Positions 1-10,917 are shown, counted from the first letter of the stretch. The stretch: 32,322 nucleotides of DNA from Octopus bimaculoides (GCF_001194135.2 NC_068984.1:36249409-36281730); one strand, 5' to 3'. Notes: generated by a model from the sequence alone, not told the origin. Made by a program: numbers and translations.

Positions 1-87
1 ATATATATACATATGCAATATATTTTCCCATATATAAATATGTACATAAATATATACATATACACACAAATGCACATACATATATAT

Positions 88-556
88 ATATTCAAATACA
101 TACATACATAGGCAGAAGTATATTCACAGATATATGCATATATATCTATACATATACTCGTACGTATTCTCGAGGCAACAACATAGAAAAATACTTATGC
201 TAAAGTGTACGTTTACGATCACATATTTATATACAGAAACAAAGGATCATAGACATCCACAAGAGCATACACATCCCGAGACATTGATAGATCCAAGCAC
301 ATAATTGTATACACATTGACACACTTACTTCAGCACATATACGTTATTGTTCATTCAAAAAATGCTTACATACGAACAGAGGACGCTAGAAATTTAAAAT
401 AACGTTATCGAAACGAACAGGATATTGTGATAGAAGGAGATGTATAGAAGGATTGGGAGAGGGAAAGAAAGGAAAGATAAAACAAAGTAAAATAGAGAGG
501 AAGAGAGAGAGGGGGAGAACAACGGGCAAATTGTAAATATGGAAAAATACATGAAA
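88..556. repeat. Diverged direct duplicate, copy 1 (about 470 bp), of 2459-2928
   Basis: Colinear shared blocks such as ggcaacaacatagaaa, acacacttactt and the identical 25-mer agcacatatacgttattgttcattc (332-356 = 2702-2726). Roughly 75-80% identity by eye. Confidence 0.9.
329..385 (-). pseudogene. Duplicated 57-nt exon-like cassette with an in-frame TGA (VLCSYVSIF*MNNNVYVL)
   Basis: Paralog of 2755-2699 (offset 2370) with the same splice signals (tttaaatttctag|C, AA|gtaagt). TGA at 357-355. Confidence 0.3.
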
Positions 557-720
557 AGAATGGAAAGAAGAAGAAGAGAGTGGTGAAATTATGTGAAGTA
601 AGATGAAAGAAGAATCAAATGAAAATTTGCAGAAATCATTATTAGGTTATGGAAGGCCACACACATACCAAAACACGGACAAACACAAACACACTATAAC
701 AAGCCCATACACAAACTTAC

Positions 721-793
721 TAAGCACATATAAATCATTGTGCCCTCCAAAATATGCATACGTATGTGATGTGTGAGTATAAACATTATATAC
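721..793 (-). CDS. Candidate exon (73 nt, phase 0-1), VYNVYTHTSHTYAYFGGHNDLYVL
   Basis: Strong acceptor ttgtgttctttttgtag|G and donor A|gtaagt. Open frame, phase-compatible with the 3111 donor. Its 3' half is homologous to the cassettes at 2699-2755 and 329-385. Confidence 0.35.
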
Positions 794-885
794 CTACAAA
801 AAGAACACAAATGTATACAAACATATACATAGATACGGATTAATATACACACATACACATAAATACATACCTATANNNNNNNNNN

Positions 886-924
<39 letters not shown>

Positions 925-942
925 CGTTTGAGTGTGTGTATG

Positions 943-1125
943 GTTGGTATTTACAAAAAACATAAACAAAATAAAAGACGAAGACGGGTGTGTAAACAAC
1001 AAACGTGTATTAGTTTAACACTTTGCGAAGTGAAAAGGTCTTTACCTTTCGAGCCTACGCTCTTCAACAGAAGTGAGAGAAAGTAAAAGGCTTAGTGGCT
1101 AGCGATCAATCATGGCGAATGCCGG
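943..1125 (-). mobile_element. Penelope-like terminal repeat fragment, copy 1
   Basis: Alignable to 15937-16128 and (reverse) 26489-26697 through gacgaagac..gt, tttcgagc.tacgctcttcaacagaa and tcaatcatg.cg. The PLE assignment is inferred from the hammerhead-like CTGNNGA...GAAACGT signature. Confidence 0.6.
1040..1073 (-). ncRNA. Hammerhead-like motif, third copy (stem III mutated)
   Basis: Minus strand: ctt CTGTTGA A gagc gtag gctc GAAAG GTA aag. The C>G change breaks the ACGT palindrome. Confidence 0.3.
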
Positions 1126-1329
1126 AAGATGTGGTCAGAGAGGAGAGCTAGGATGAAGGCGAGATAATAAAGTAGCAGCGATACCAAAGCGAATGTGCGC
1201 GTGTGAGTGTATGTCAAAGCGTGTATGTGCGTGTGGATAGGGGCTGGTGACTTTGACGTGTGCGTGTGTGCATGTGTAGGTGTGTGGCTGATGGTGTGGG
1301 AGGTGGGTAGAGGTTAGTGCTAGTGTGTG

Positions 1330-1424
1330 CGGGGTGGTGTGATGTGGTATGATGTTGTGTGGTATGGTGGTGTGTGGTGTGGTGCTGTGTGGTGTAGTGC
1401 GGTGGTGTATGGTGTGGTGTGGCA
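1330..1424 (+). repeat. Degenerate (TGTGG)n pentanucleotide array running into an N-gap
   Basis: gtggtgtgatgtggtatgatgttgtgtggtatggtggtgtgtggtgtggtg... Confidence 0.8.
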
Positions 1425-2385
1425 NNNNNNNNNNNNNNNNNNNNNNNNNNNNNNNNNNNNNNNNNNNNNNNNNNNNNNNNNNNNNNNNNNNNNNNNNNNN
1501 NNNNNNNNNNNNNNNNNNNNNNNNNNNNNNNNNNNNNNNNNNNNNNNNNNNNNNNNNNNNNNNNNNNNNNNNNNNNNNNNNNNNNNNNNNNNNNNNNNNN
1601 NNNNNNNNNNNNNNNNNNNNNNNNNNNNNNNNNNNNNNNNNNNNNNNNNNNNNNNNNNNNNNNNNNNNNNNNNNNNNNNNNNNNNNNNNNNNNNNNNNNN
1701 NNNNNNNNNNNNNNNNNNNNNNNNNNNNNNNNNNNNNNNNNNNNNNNNNNNNNNNNNNNNNNNNNNNNNNNNNNNNNNNNNNNNNNNNNNNNNNNNNNNN
1801 NNNNNNNNNNNNNNNNNNNNNNNNNNNNNNNNNNNNNNNNNNNNNNNNNNNNNNNNNNNNNNNNNNNNNNNNNNNNNNNNNNNNNNNNNNNNNNNNNNNN
1901 NNNNNNNNNNNNNNNNNNNNNNNNNNNNNNNNNNNNNNNNNNNNNNNNNNNNNNNNNNNNNNNNNNNNNNNNNNNNNNNNNNNNNNNNNNNNNNNNNNNN
2001 NNNNNNNNNNNNNNNNNNNNNNNNNNNNNNNNNNNNNNNNNNNNNNNNNNNNNNNNNNNNNNNNNNNNNNNNNNNNNNNNNNNNNNNNNNNNNNNNNNNN
2101 NNNNNNNNNNNNNNNNNNNNNNNNNNNNNNNNNNNNNNNNNNNNNNNNNNNNNNNNNNNNNNNNNNNNNNNNNNNNNNNNNNNNNNNNNNNNNNNNNNNN
2201 NNNNNNNNNNNNNNNNNNNNNNNNNNNNNNNNNNNNNNNNNNNNNNNNNNNNNNNNNNNNNNNNNNNNNNNNNNNNNNNNNNNNNNNNNNNNNNNNNNNN
2301 NNNNNNNNNNNNNNNNNNNNNNNNNNNNNNNNNNNNNNNNNNNNNNNNNNNNNNNNNNNNNNNNNNNNNNNNNNNNNNNNNNNNN

Positions 2386-2458
<73 letters not shown>

Positions 2459-2467
<9 letters not shown>

Positions 2468-2928
2468 ATGTATACATGCATAGGCAGAAATCAGAAATAT
2501 ACTCACTGACATATGCATATATACCTATACATATATTCGTAGATATTCTCGCGGCAACAACATAGAAACATACTTATGCTAAAATATACGTTTATGTTCA
2601 CATATTTATACGCATAAAGAAACGATCACGAGAGCATGCACAACCCCAAAACATCGATAGACCTAAATACATACTTGTATACACATACACACACTTACTT
2701 AAGCACATATACGTTATTGTTCATTCCCAAAATACTTTCATACAAACAGGGAACGCTAGGAATTTAAAATGACGCTATCGAAACAAACAAGATATTGTGA
2801 GAGAAAAAGATTTATAGAAACATTAGGAGGATGAAAGAAAGGAAGTGTAAAACAAAATGAAAATAAGAAAGAGAGAGAGACGGGGGAGAGGAGCGGACAA
2901 ATATTAAATATGAAAGGAAATGCATGAA
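2459..2928. repeat. Diverged direct duplicate, copy 2, of 88-556
   Basis: Same colinear blocks at an offset of about 2370 nt. Confidence 0.9.
2699..2774 (-). CDS. Candidate next/terminal exon with two possible acceptors: 2774 (phase 0, RHFKFLAFPVCMKVFWE*) or 2755 (57 nt, phase 2-2, VPCLYESILGMNNNVYVL)
   Basis: A long polypyrimidine tract ends at ttgtttcgatag|C (2774), with a second acceptor at ttttaaattcctag|C (2755) and donor AA|gtaagt. Only the 2774 acceptor is in phase with the 3111 donor. Confidence 0.3.
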
Positions 2929-3110
2929 TTGAAAGGAGAGATAGTGTGTCGTATAGCCAGCTAGAAACGATGATTCTTTGGCAAAAACAACAGTAACATC
3001 ATTCCTATCCGGACAGCCACATTATGTTGGCAAATAGCTATTACGTTAAAGAATTGTTGCTGAATGTCTCTCTTTGAGAGATTTATAAATAATAACAATA
3101 ATATATATAC

Positions 3111-3324
3111 CTCCATATTTAGTATTTTTTTAAATTGTATGTTACGTTGCAACTCCAGTTTCACGACACCGCGATCTAAACACAAGAACTTATTGCACTC
3201 GAGTTTTCGGTTGGAATTAAGTTCGTACTGTGTCGAACCATTCAGGTTCGATGTTAACCAAACTAGTTTCTTACACACAGGTTGGTCTGTCTGTATGTAT
3301 GTTGTTGCGTTGAAATTTTTCTCT
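3111..3324 (-). CDS. Internal coding exon (214 nt, phase 2-0) of the same gene; EKNFNATTYIQTDQPVCKKLVWLTSNLNGSTQYELNSNRKLECNKFLCLDRGVVKLELQRNIQFKKILNME
   Basis: 71 open codons between acceptor ctacctgctctag|A and donor ATGGAG|gtatat. It joins the 4436-4230 exon in frame (GA+A=Glu). Two N-x-S/T sequons (NAT, NGS) and three Cys fit a luminal or extracellular domain. Confidence 0.6.
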
Positions 3325-3360
3325 CTAGAGCAGGTAGACGTTATATATATATATACATAA

Positions 3361-3392
3361 ATACATACGTACATACATACATATATACCTAC

Positions 3393-3423
<31 letters not shown>

Positions 3424-3937
3424 CATACATACATACATACATACATACACACACACGCACATACCNNNNNNNNNNNNNNNNNNNNNNNNNNNNNNNNNNN
3501 NNNNNNNNNNNNNNNNNNNNNNNNNNNNNNNNNNNNNNNNNNNNNNNNNNNNNNNNNNNNNNNNNNNNNNNNNNNNNNNNNNNNNNNNNNNNNNNNNNNN
3601 NNNNNNNNNNNNNNNNNNNNNNNNNNNNNNNNNNNNNNNNNNNNNNNNNNNNNNNNNNNNNNNNNNNNNNNNNNNNNNNNNNNNNNNNNNNNNNNNNNNN
3701 NNNNNNNNNNNNNNNNNNNNNNNNNNNNNNNNNNNNNNNNNNNNNNNNNNNNNNNNNNNNNNNNNNNNNNNNNNNNNNNNNNNNNNNNNNNNNNNNNNNN
3801 NNNNNNNNNNNNNNNNNNNNNNNNNNNNNNNNNNNNNNNNNNNNNNNNNNNNNNNNNNNNNNNNNNNNNNNNNNNNNNNNNNNNNNNNNNNNNNNNNNNN
3901 NNNNNNNNNNNNNNNNNNNNNNNNNNNNTATACCTAC

Positions 3938-3968
<31 letters not shown>

Positions 3969-4001
3969 CATACATACATACATACATACATACACACACA
4001 C
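3361..4001 (+). repeat. (CATA)n microsatellite spanning an N-gap
   Basis: CATA units on both sides of the gap at 3466-3929. Confidence 0.9.
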
Positions 4002-4229
4002 GCACATACCTCCTTGCTCTACTTTTGTAATACTGAATATTCTTGTCCGCTCTTCAATCAACACACACATTTAACTGATGTAGTTCTTCCTATAAAGATT
4101 GCTACTACTTCCCCATCGCTTTTACCCCCACAGATCACTTTATACTAAATTTACAACTTGATTTCCTTCCACGTACAATGTGATAAAATCACAGATATTC
4201 ACCCCTACTTAACATTCTACATTGCTCAC

Positions 4230-4436
4230 TCAATTCTCTGTTTTCCTTCAAGTCTTTGTACGATGTAACACAAACCACTATCCTTTTTATTTGCAAAAGA
4301 CATTTCTCCTAAACGTTCATTGTATCTTATATACGGCAGCTGTACTCGGTGTATTAATTCTCTCCTTATATTAGCATCTACAATTTGATTCATTATATGT
4401 TTTCCTATACTATGGATAAATCTATATAATAGTGCC
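4230..4436 (-). CDS. Internal coding exon (207 nt, phase 2-2) of an unidentified minus-strand gene, possibly BRICHOS-domain protein; ALLYRFIHSIGKHIMNQIVDANIRRELIHRVQLPYIRYNERLGEMSFANKKDSGLCYIVQRLEGKQRI(E)
   Basis: 68 open codons of high-complexity sequence bounded by acceptor tatctgtacag|G and donor ATTGA|gtgagc. Length is a multiple of 3, and the end phase matches the next exon at 3324. The product call rests only on by-eye motif resemblance. Confidence 0.6.
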
Positions 4437-4569
4437 CTGTACAGATATACGAGTACATACACACACACACACACACACACACATCTTTGCGCACACATAC
4501 ATACATAAATACATATATACACATATACATGCATATATATCTGCATGCATGTATGGAGGTATGTATGTG

Positions 4570-4633
4570 CTGATAGATAGATAGATCTCTAGATAGAGAG
4601 AGAGGCTGAGATAGATAGATAGATAGATAGATC

Positions 4634-4718
<85 letters not shown>

Positions 4719-4745
4719 CGAGAGAGAGAGAGAGAGATAGAGAGA
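4570..4745 (+). repeat. Compound microsatellite (GATA)n-(GT)n-(GA)n
   Basis: Directly visible. Confidence 0.95.
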
Positions 4746-4902
4746 TAATGAAAGAACGTGTCAAAATCGACTCTAACAGGAGGGTATATCTCATGCATAA
4801 TCTAATTCCATAAGGTGCCCATTTAGCAATTACAAGCATTCTCTCTTCTGATATCTGACGCAAGACGTGTAACAAAAGGAGATTGTGACCCCTGGGGGTT
4901 CT

Positions 4903-5643
4903 GGATNNNNNNNNNNNNNNNNNNNNNNNNNNNNNNNNNNNNNNNNNNNNNNNNNNNNNNNNNNNNNNNNNNNNNNNNNNNNNNNNNNNNNNNNNNNNNN
5001 NNNNNNNNNNNNNNNNNNNNNNNNNNNNNNNNNNNNNNNNNNNNNNNNNNNNNNNNNNNNNNNNNNNNNNNNNNNNNNNNNNNNNNNNNNNNNNNNNNNN
5101 NNNNNNNNNNNNNNNNNNNNNNNNNNNNNNNNNNNNNNNNNNNNNNNNNNNNNNNNNNNNNNNNNNNNNNNNNNNNNNNNNNNNNNNNNNNNNNNNNNNN
5201 NNNNNNNNNNNNNNNNNNNNNNNNNNNNNNNNNNNNNNNNNNNNNNNNNNNNNAACCCTAACCCTAACCCTAAAACTAACCCTAACTCTAGAATCCGAAC
5301 TCTAAAATTGTTACACACACAGATACGCACAACGTAATTTATTATATAAACAATATATGTGTATAAATTACGATTAAACTGGATGAAATATGTCACAGGG
5401 AATAACATATTTATGACCGCCAAGCAATAACTCTATTCAGCTGAATAGACGTCAGTGATTGATTGAAATTACAGAAATACGACAACTTTAACATGGAATA
5501 ACTTGCGATGTACATTTTTTTGTTAAGAAGACTAAGAGTAAAAGATGTTTTATATGACACATTCTACCAGTGTCCCAAGTTTCAAAGTGTTTCGTTAGTG
5601 TTTCGTTAAGAAAATACTGGTGCCCCCGTTTTAAAATAGATCC
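4903..5643. mobile_element. Putative non-autonomous DNA element containing a telomere-like (TAACCC)n tract
   Basis: Left edge ggat disappears into the gap and the right edge ends ...gggcacc-type GC block ggtgcccccgttttaaaatagatcc, so GGATC/GATCC termini are possible. Internal (TAACCC)n at 5254-5289 and an 18-bp palindrome at 5432-5449. The left TIR is mostly hidden, so the boundaries are inferred. Confidence 0.3.
5254..5289 (+). repeat. Interstitial telomere-like (TAACCC)n = (TTAGGG)n array, partly in a gap
   Basis: aaccct aaccct aaccct aaaact aaccct aactct. Confidence 0.85.
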
Positions 5644-6836
5644 GCATTTCCAAAATGATGAGAGGCAAAATTAGCTTCAGTATGAATTAGAACTCAAGTT
5701 CCAGATATTCAGAAGAATTACACAACGTATTATATCACATACTCCAGCGATTTTACCAACTGACCACGTTACAGACACATACAGACACTTAGATACGCAC
5801 CTTCAAAACTGTCGCGCACAAGCGCTTGCACAGACGCGCATGCATAAACATACACGCATACACACGCAAGCACATACATATATACGTGTGTGTGTGTGTA
5901 TTCCGCACATGTTCTGAGTCTTTTTCCAGAGTTAATGTTCACAGTTTAAAGCGTATGAAAACATTCGAATTATACATGTGAATGTTTGTGTGTGTGCATC
6001 TGTACATATATGTGTGTGCGTTTGCGTGTGCGCGTGTATGTGTATGCTTACATGTACATATGTATTAACATATAAATATATGCATATTATAGATACGCAT
6101 GTGTATATACGTATTCATATGTATGTGTGTATGTATGTATGTATGTATGTATGTATCTGACCCTTGTATGTATGTATGCATGTATATGCACATGTAAGTG
6201 TATTTGAATGCATAAAGATTAACCGACACATATGCGTCAATTTATTTCTTTTTCTTTCCCAAATTCGTAAATAATACAATTTTTACAATACGTATGCCTA
6301 TTTTTGTTGTTGCTTCCTACACTTTTTTTGTTAGACACAAAGAAATAATAAGCAACAATATGAGATATACGATGCACTGAACGAAAAAAAAAGAAAATGA
6401 ACAAAAAACAAACAAAGGAGCATGCTCATTAAAGAAAACATTTCTCTCTGTCAATATATTAGAAGTAAAAAATTAAATAATATCAATATCACCGTTATTG
6501 TATTTTTATCAAGTAGATATTTTTTCAGAACGTATTATTATTTCGATATTCCAGTATTTTCCTAAGTATATTTATAACAGCCCTTTCTACATGATTATTT
6601 ATTTAAGCAGCTAATATTAATGCATTAAATAAATCAATAATGTTTTCCTTCTCTTCTTATTATTCTTTTCATTTTAGAAATATTGCTTTATTTGATATTC
6701 CTATAGTTGAATTCCGTAGGTCAACTGCTTTCAACGCATTTACAGCGTGGGTTGAGACTTAGAGGTTTCAAGCTGTTCATTATTTACAATATTCTATAGT
6801 AACCATTGAGGATCCTAACTGCTTAATTACACTTAC

Positions 6837-6925
6837 GTGGGTGTAATAAAACCATTTTTTTTTATGTTAGTTAATTGCACTGACAATTTTCGAGTACATG
6901 CAGGTGTGATTTTGAATATATCGTT
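6837..6925 (-). CDS. Weak candidate exon (89 nt, phase 0-2), NDIFKITPACTRKLSVQLTNIKKNGFITP(T)
   Basis: Strong donor AC|gtaagt whose phase fits the 4436 acceptor. The acceptor (aaaagtactag) has a poor pyrimidine tract. Confidence 0.2.
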
Positions 6926-7334
6926 CTAGTACTTTTAATTAAATTGATATTTACATATATTTCAGATATATAACGCGTGAATTATCTTCATAAATATGTG
7001 AATATAATTCTTTTGTATCTTAGGATATTTCTCCACTATAATAACAATTCAATACTGCCATTTTATACACATTCTGTCTTCACGAGGCACAAAACAATCA
7101 GAATTATATGATAAACTGTGTTGTAACACTAAGTAGCTCTTCTCTTTGGATGTCATCAAGTCTATGTTGTATATCTTTTAAATTTTGCTATGGAGAATGT
7201 AATTTCAGAAATATTTGGCTGTTATTTTTGTCAGTTCAAGTGATTACCTAGCAAACCTATGTTGTCGCTTCTCTCCAGTTATGGGTATCGGCTAAAAAAC
7301 TATCTGAATTCTAATAACTTTCAGACGGAATTAC

Positions 7335-7380
7335 ATCTTCATAGTATTTGTATAGCAGTATCCAGGTGAAGTGGTAAACC
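7335..7380 (-). CDS. Weak candidate exon (46 nt, phase 2-0), VYHFTWILLYKYYED
   Basis: Acceptor gattctttatag|G, donor GAT|gtaatt. The hydrophobic run ending LYKYY would suit the end of a type II TM segment. Speculative. Confidence 0.15.
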
Positions 7381-7735
7381 CTATAAAGAATCTTTAAGAG
7401 TTTCAATTAAAGTCTTTGTATCATCGTGATCGAGGATTATTTCCCACATGATTCTAAGTATGTGGGAAATATTTGATTATGTAGACAAGAAGTAATCTCA
7501 ATTCCGATTACATGCCTGAAATTTATTGAAAAGCAAGAGAATACGTGCTGAACCGTTCGTTTCACGATACATTCTATACTTACGGTTATCGTTGATATCA
7601 ATAACGTTAATATGTCAATTTGTTCTTTTTGTACATACATGTCATGTGTCAAGAAGTGAGATGCAAAGCGAGAGAGAGGAGGATAGAGAAGGAGTAAGAG
7701 ACACAGAGAAAGGCAGTGAGAGAGATAATGAAAGA

Positions 7736-7921
7736 GACGGCGTTCGTTTTGTGTCTTCAGATGTTTCAGAAAGGAAGTAAGAGAGAAAGAGAGAGGAAAA
7801 GAGTGATAAAAAAAGAGATAGAGAGAGAGAGTGACAGAGACTGACAGAGAAAGAAAGTGAAAGAGACCGTGAGTGGTGACGGCGTTCGCTTTGTGTTTTT
7901 AAATGTTTCAGAGAGGAAGTA

Positions 7922-7964
<43 letters not shown>

Positions 7965-8052
7965 TAGAGAGTGAGAGAGAGAGTGAGTGAGAAAGAGAGA
8001 GAGCGAAAGAGACAGTGAGTGGTGACGGCGTTCGTTTTGTGTTGTTAAATGT
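7736..8052 (+). repeat. About 144-bp minisatellite (2+ units) with a GA-microsatellite core
   Basis: gacggcgttcgYtttgtgt...tgtttcaga.aggaagtaagagagaaagagag recurs at 7736, 7878 and 8024. Confidence 0.9.
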
Positions 8053-8197
8053 TTATTCCATCGCAAGAAAAGTAGATACATAGATCGAAAGAAAAGTTGA
8101 TACATTGATACATATACACATTGTTAAATTAACAGCGGAAGAGTGAAGGGACACAGAGGAAGTGAGAGAGAAAGCGTGAAAGTCAGAGAGACAGAAG

Positions 8198-8440
8198 ATT
8201 AACGCGCAAGTGGCTGAGTACTCCACAGACATGCATACCATAAGGTAGTTCACAGGGAGTTTCAGCCTCACACAGTGTGACAAGGCTGGCCCCTTTGAAT
8301 TACAGCTACAACTCATTTTTGCCAGCTGAGTGGACTACAGCAAGGTAAAGAAGAATACCTTGCTCAAAATCAGCGAGCCGCAGGGAATCGTACTAGTGAC
8401 TTTACGATCTTGGGCCAAGTACCCCTAACCACTGTACCAC
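8198..8440 (-). mobile_element. tRNA-type SINE family C, partial
   Basis: Aligns to 20190-20741 (gtggctgagtactccacagac, gccagctgagt.gact, cttgctcaa, ttacgatc). Confidence 0.8.
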
Positions 8441-8963
8441 AGACTTTTACTCATTTAACCGTAAAGAAAAGGAGTGAACCGATAGAGTCAGAGAAAGGAA
8501 AACCTCGGTCATTTACAATGACAATTAGATTGAAATACGATCGATCATTTCTCGCTTCTTTACATTTATTAATGAAGAAAAAATTACAGTTACTAATGAA
8601 TAGAGGGAAGGACTTTCAGGTGTTTACATTTTGATTCTGGTAGTTCTAGAACGATCGAATGTTAGTTTTCTCTTCTTTCTTCCAACCCCGGTACTTATTC
8701 GGCTTTTTTCATAGTTCTTCATGTCTTTTAGTTGGGGTGGGCAGACCATGTTTTTGTTTTAAGGCACGTTTAAAACTTTCTCTACAAACTACGAACCAGC
8801 CCTCCACTCTTCCTTTTTGTTTTCATAGAAAAACTAATGCAAATTTCGAACGGAGTATTGCTGTGAAAAGAACCCAGAAAATGGGTAATGCCCCCTACAA
8901 AATGGGTGGGGGAGTAAAGTTGCCAACAGGTAGCCGCACGAAATTAAATACTATACTTTAAAG

Positions 8964-9377
<414 letters not shown>

Positions 9378-9689
9378 CCAGAGAACGTTCCGTACCACTA
9401 AACCAAGACGGTTCTTTGAATATGTACGATGTTATTTTAAGGCTAAACAGTAATTCTGTTTACGTTCTCGTAGCAGTTATTTAGGTTGGTTTATATAGTT
9501 ATCGGTTTAACACGTCTGTCTATATTCTGTAACTGTCACAATATAGAAACATTTCTCATGGCGGAAGCACACAATTTACGGCTCCAGCTAGTATTCAATT
9601 AATACCATTACAAACCGCTGGGCATCATTGTAGATAATATACAACTATGAACTCTTTTTCGAATCTCTTTCCTTAAGTTACATACTTAC

Positions 9690-9767
9690 AACACGATTGT
9701 TTGTACACCAGCTAATTGAGTTTTTTAAAGTTTCTAATTCTCGTAAGGTTTTCATATGTACATTTAC
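9690..9767 (-). CDS. Candidate upstream exon (78 nt, phase 0-0), VNVHMKTLRELETLKNSISWCTNNRV
   Basis: Acceptor tattttgtaatccag|G, donor GTT|gtaagt and an open symmetric frame. Short enough that chance cannot be excluded. Confidence 0.25.
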
Positions 9768-10917
9768 CTGGATTACAAAATATTGTACTGGCACATTGTC
9801 GCTGAAACTCATTACATAAACATACTATGATAGGTGACTACCTAATCACAATATCTGCAAATTAATTCGCACGTTGACTAACATTCAGTAATATCGGTAG
9901 TTCTTCAGTTTGAATGGATATTTAGCAGTGTTCAGCTGCTTGTTATATGTGCGTTTGAGATGTAGACGCGAGTGGACGTTTGCACTTTGTCATCACGTGC
10001 ATGGCTGAGAGGCAAAAGAAGAGACCGTAAAATAATTACGTATCCCTACTTCAAACTGCTGTGTCGTATAAAACCGCCATTGAACTTTATGTGGAAGCGC
10101 AGATGTCACGAGCTTTTGGATGAATATTATTGGACGCTGACTGCTGGCGACTAATTTTCACAGAACATCACAAACGACTGGATAAAATATTTTGGACACG
10201 TTTAAAATGTCATGCAGCATTATACATTTCTGAAACTCGAAAACGAGTCTGAGATTCAAATACATCAGACTTTGATAGAAATATATAACAGTCTATGTTT
10301 CTACCAACCATCACTTTTCCACCAGTAGACAACAATGAAATCCTTGCAGTTTTCCCGGCTTCAGTTATCATGATATCTAAATTAGTTCTGAATGTTGCCT
10401 TTCAAACGCCAACTGGTGCCACTTGTATCCATGTTAACACAGAGTTCTTGAAGCTTTGTCTTTACTGCAAGCGTCCTGCCATTAGTATGTATATATCAGT
10501 GAGCCATGAGACTCCGGTTTAAGGGTTTGTATTTCTATTTCTGCACACAGATATATGCATACGCACATATATATACACATACTTGCAAACATACATGCAT
10601 ACATAAACAAACGCACAGACACACAGTCACACACGCGAAGACACACATACACACACACACACACACAAACGCACATACACACGTACACGCACAAACATAT
10701 ATATATATATATATATATATANNNNNNNNNNNNNNNNNNNNNNNNNNNNNNNNNNNNNNNNNNNNNNNNNNNNNNNNNNNNNNNNNNNNNNNNNNNNNNN
10801 NNNNNNNNNNNNNNNNNNNNNNNNNNNNNNNNNNNNNNNNNNNNNNNNNNNNNNNNNNNNNNNNNNNNNNNNNNNNNNNNNNNNNNNNNNNNNNNNNNNN
10901 NNNNNNNNNNNNNNNNN

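Noticed and set aside
3167-3178. Plus-strand HRDL kinase-like tetrapeptide
   Set aside because: It sits in a short frame closed soon after, antisense to the better-supported minus exon.
3233-3251. 7-bp hairpin TCGAACC-attca-GGTTCGA resembling a tRNA T-arm
   Set aside because: No cloverleaf can be built around it, and it lies within the candidate coding exon.
3111-4436. Alternative reading of the two exons as a pseudokinase (LYRFIHSIGK ~ beta2, RRE ~ alphaC, YIVQRLEG ~ hinge, LDRG ~ DFG)
   Set aside because: The catalytic Lys, HRD and a Gly-loop are absent, no APE-like motif follows, and the sequons and Cys pattern suit a luminal domain better. Not formally excluded without a profile search.
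5254-5289. True chromosome end
   Set aside because: The array is short, degenerate and internal, with ordinary sequence on both sides.
7249-7292. 44-nt minus-strand candidate exon PIPITGEKRQHRFAR (phase 0-2)
   Set aside because: Several AGs lie just upstream of its acceptor, and it competes with the 6925-6837 candidate; the two cannot be distinguished without transcripts.
7736-8052. Repeated gacggcgttcg motif as a CRISPR-like array
   Set aside because: The spacers are homologous GA microsatellites about 120 nt long, the context is eukaryotic and there are no cas genes.
8659-8961. 100-aa plus-strand ORF
   Set aside because: No recognisable motif or splice support; low-complexity, T-rich composition.
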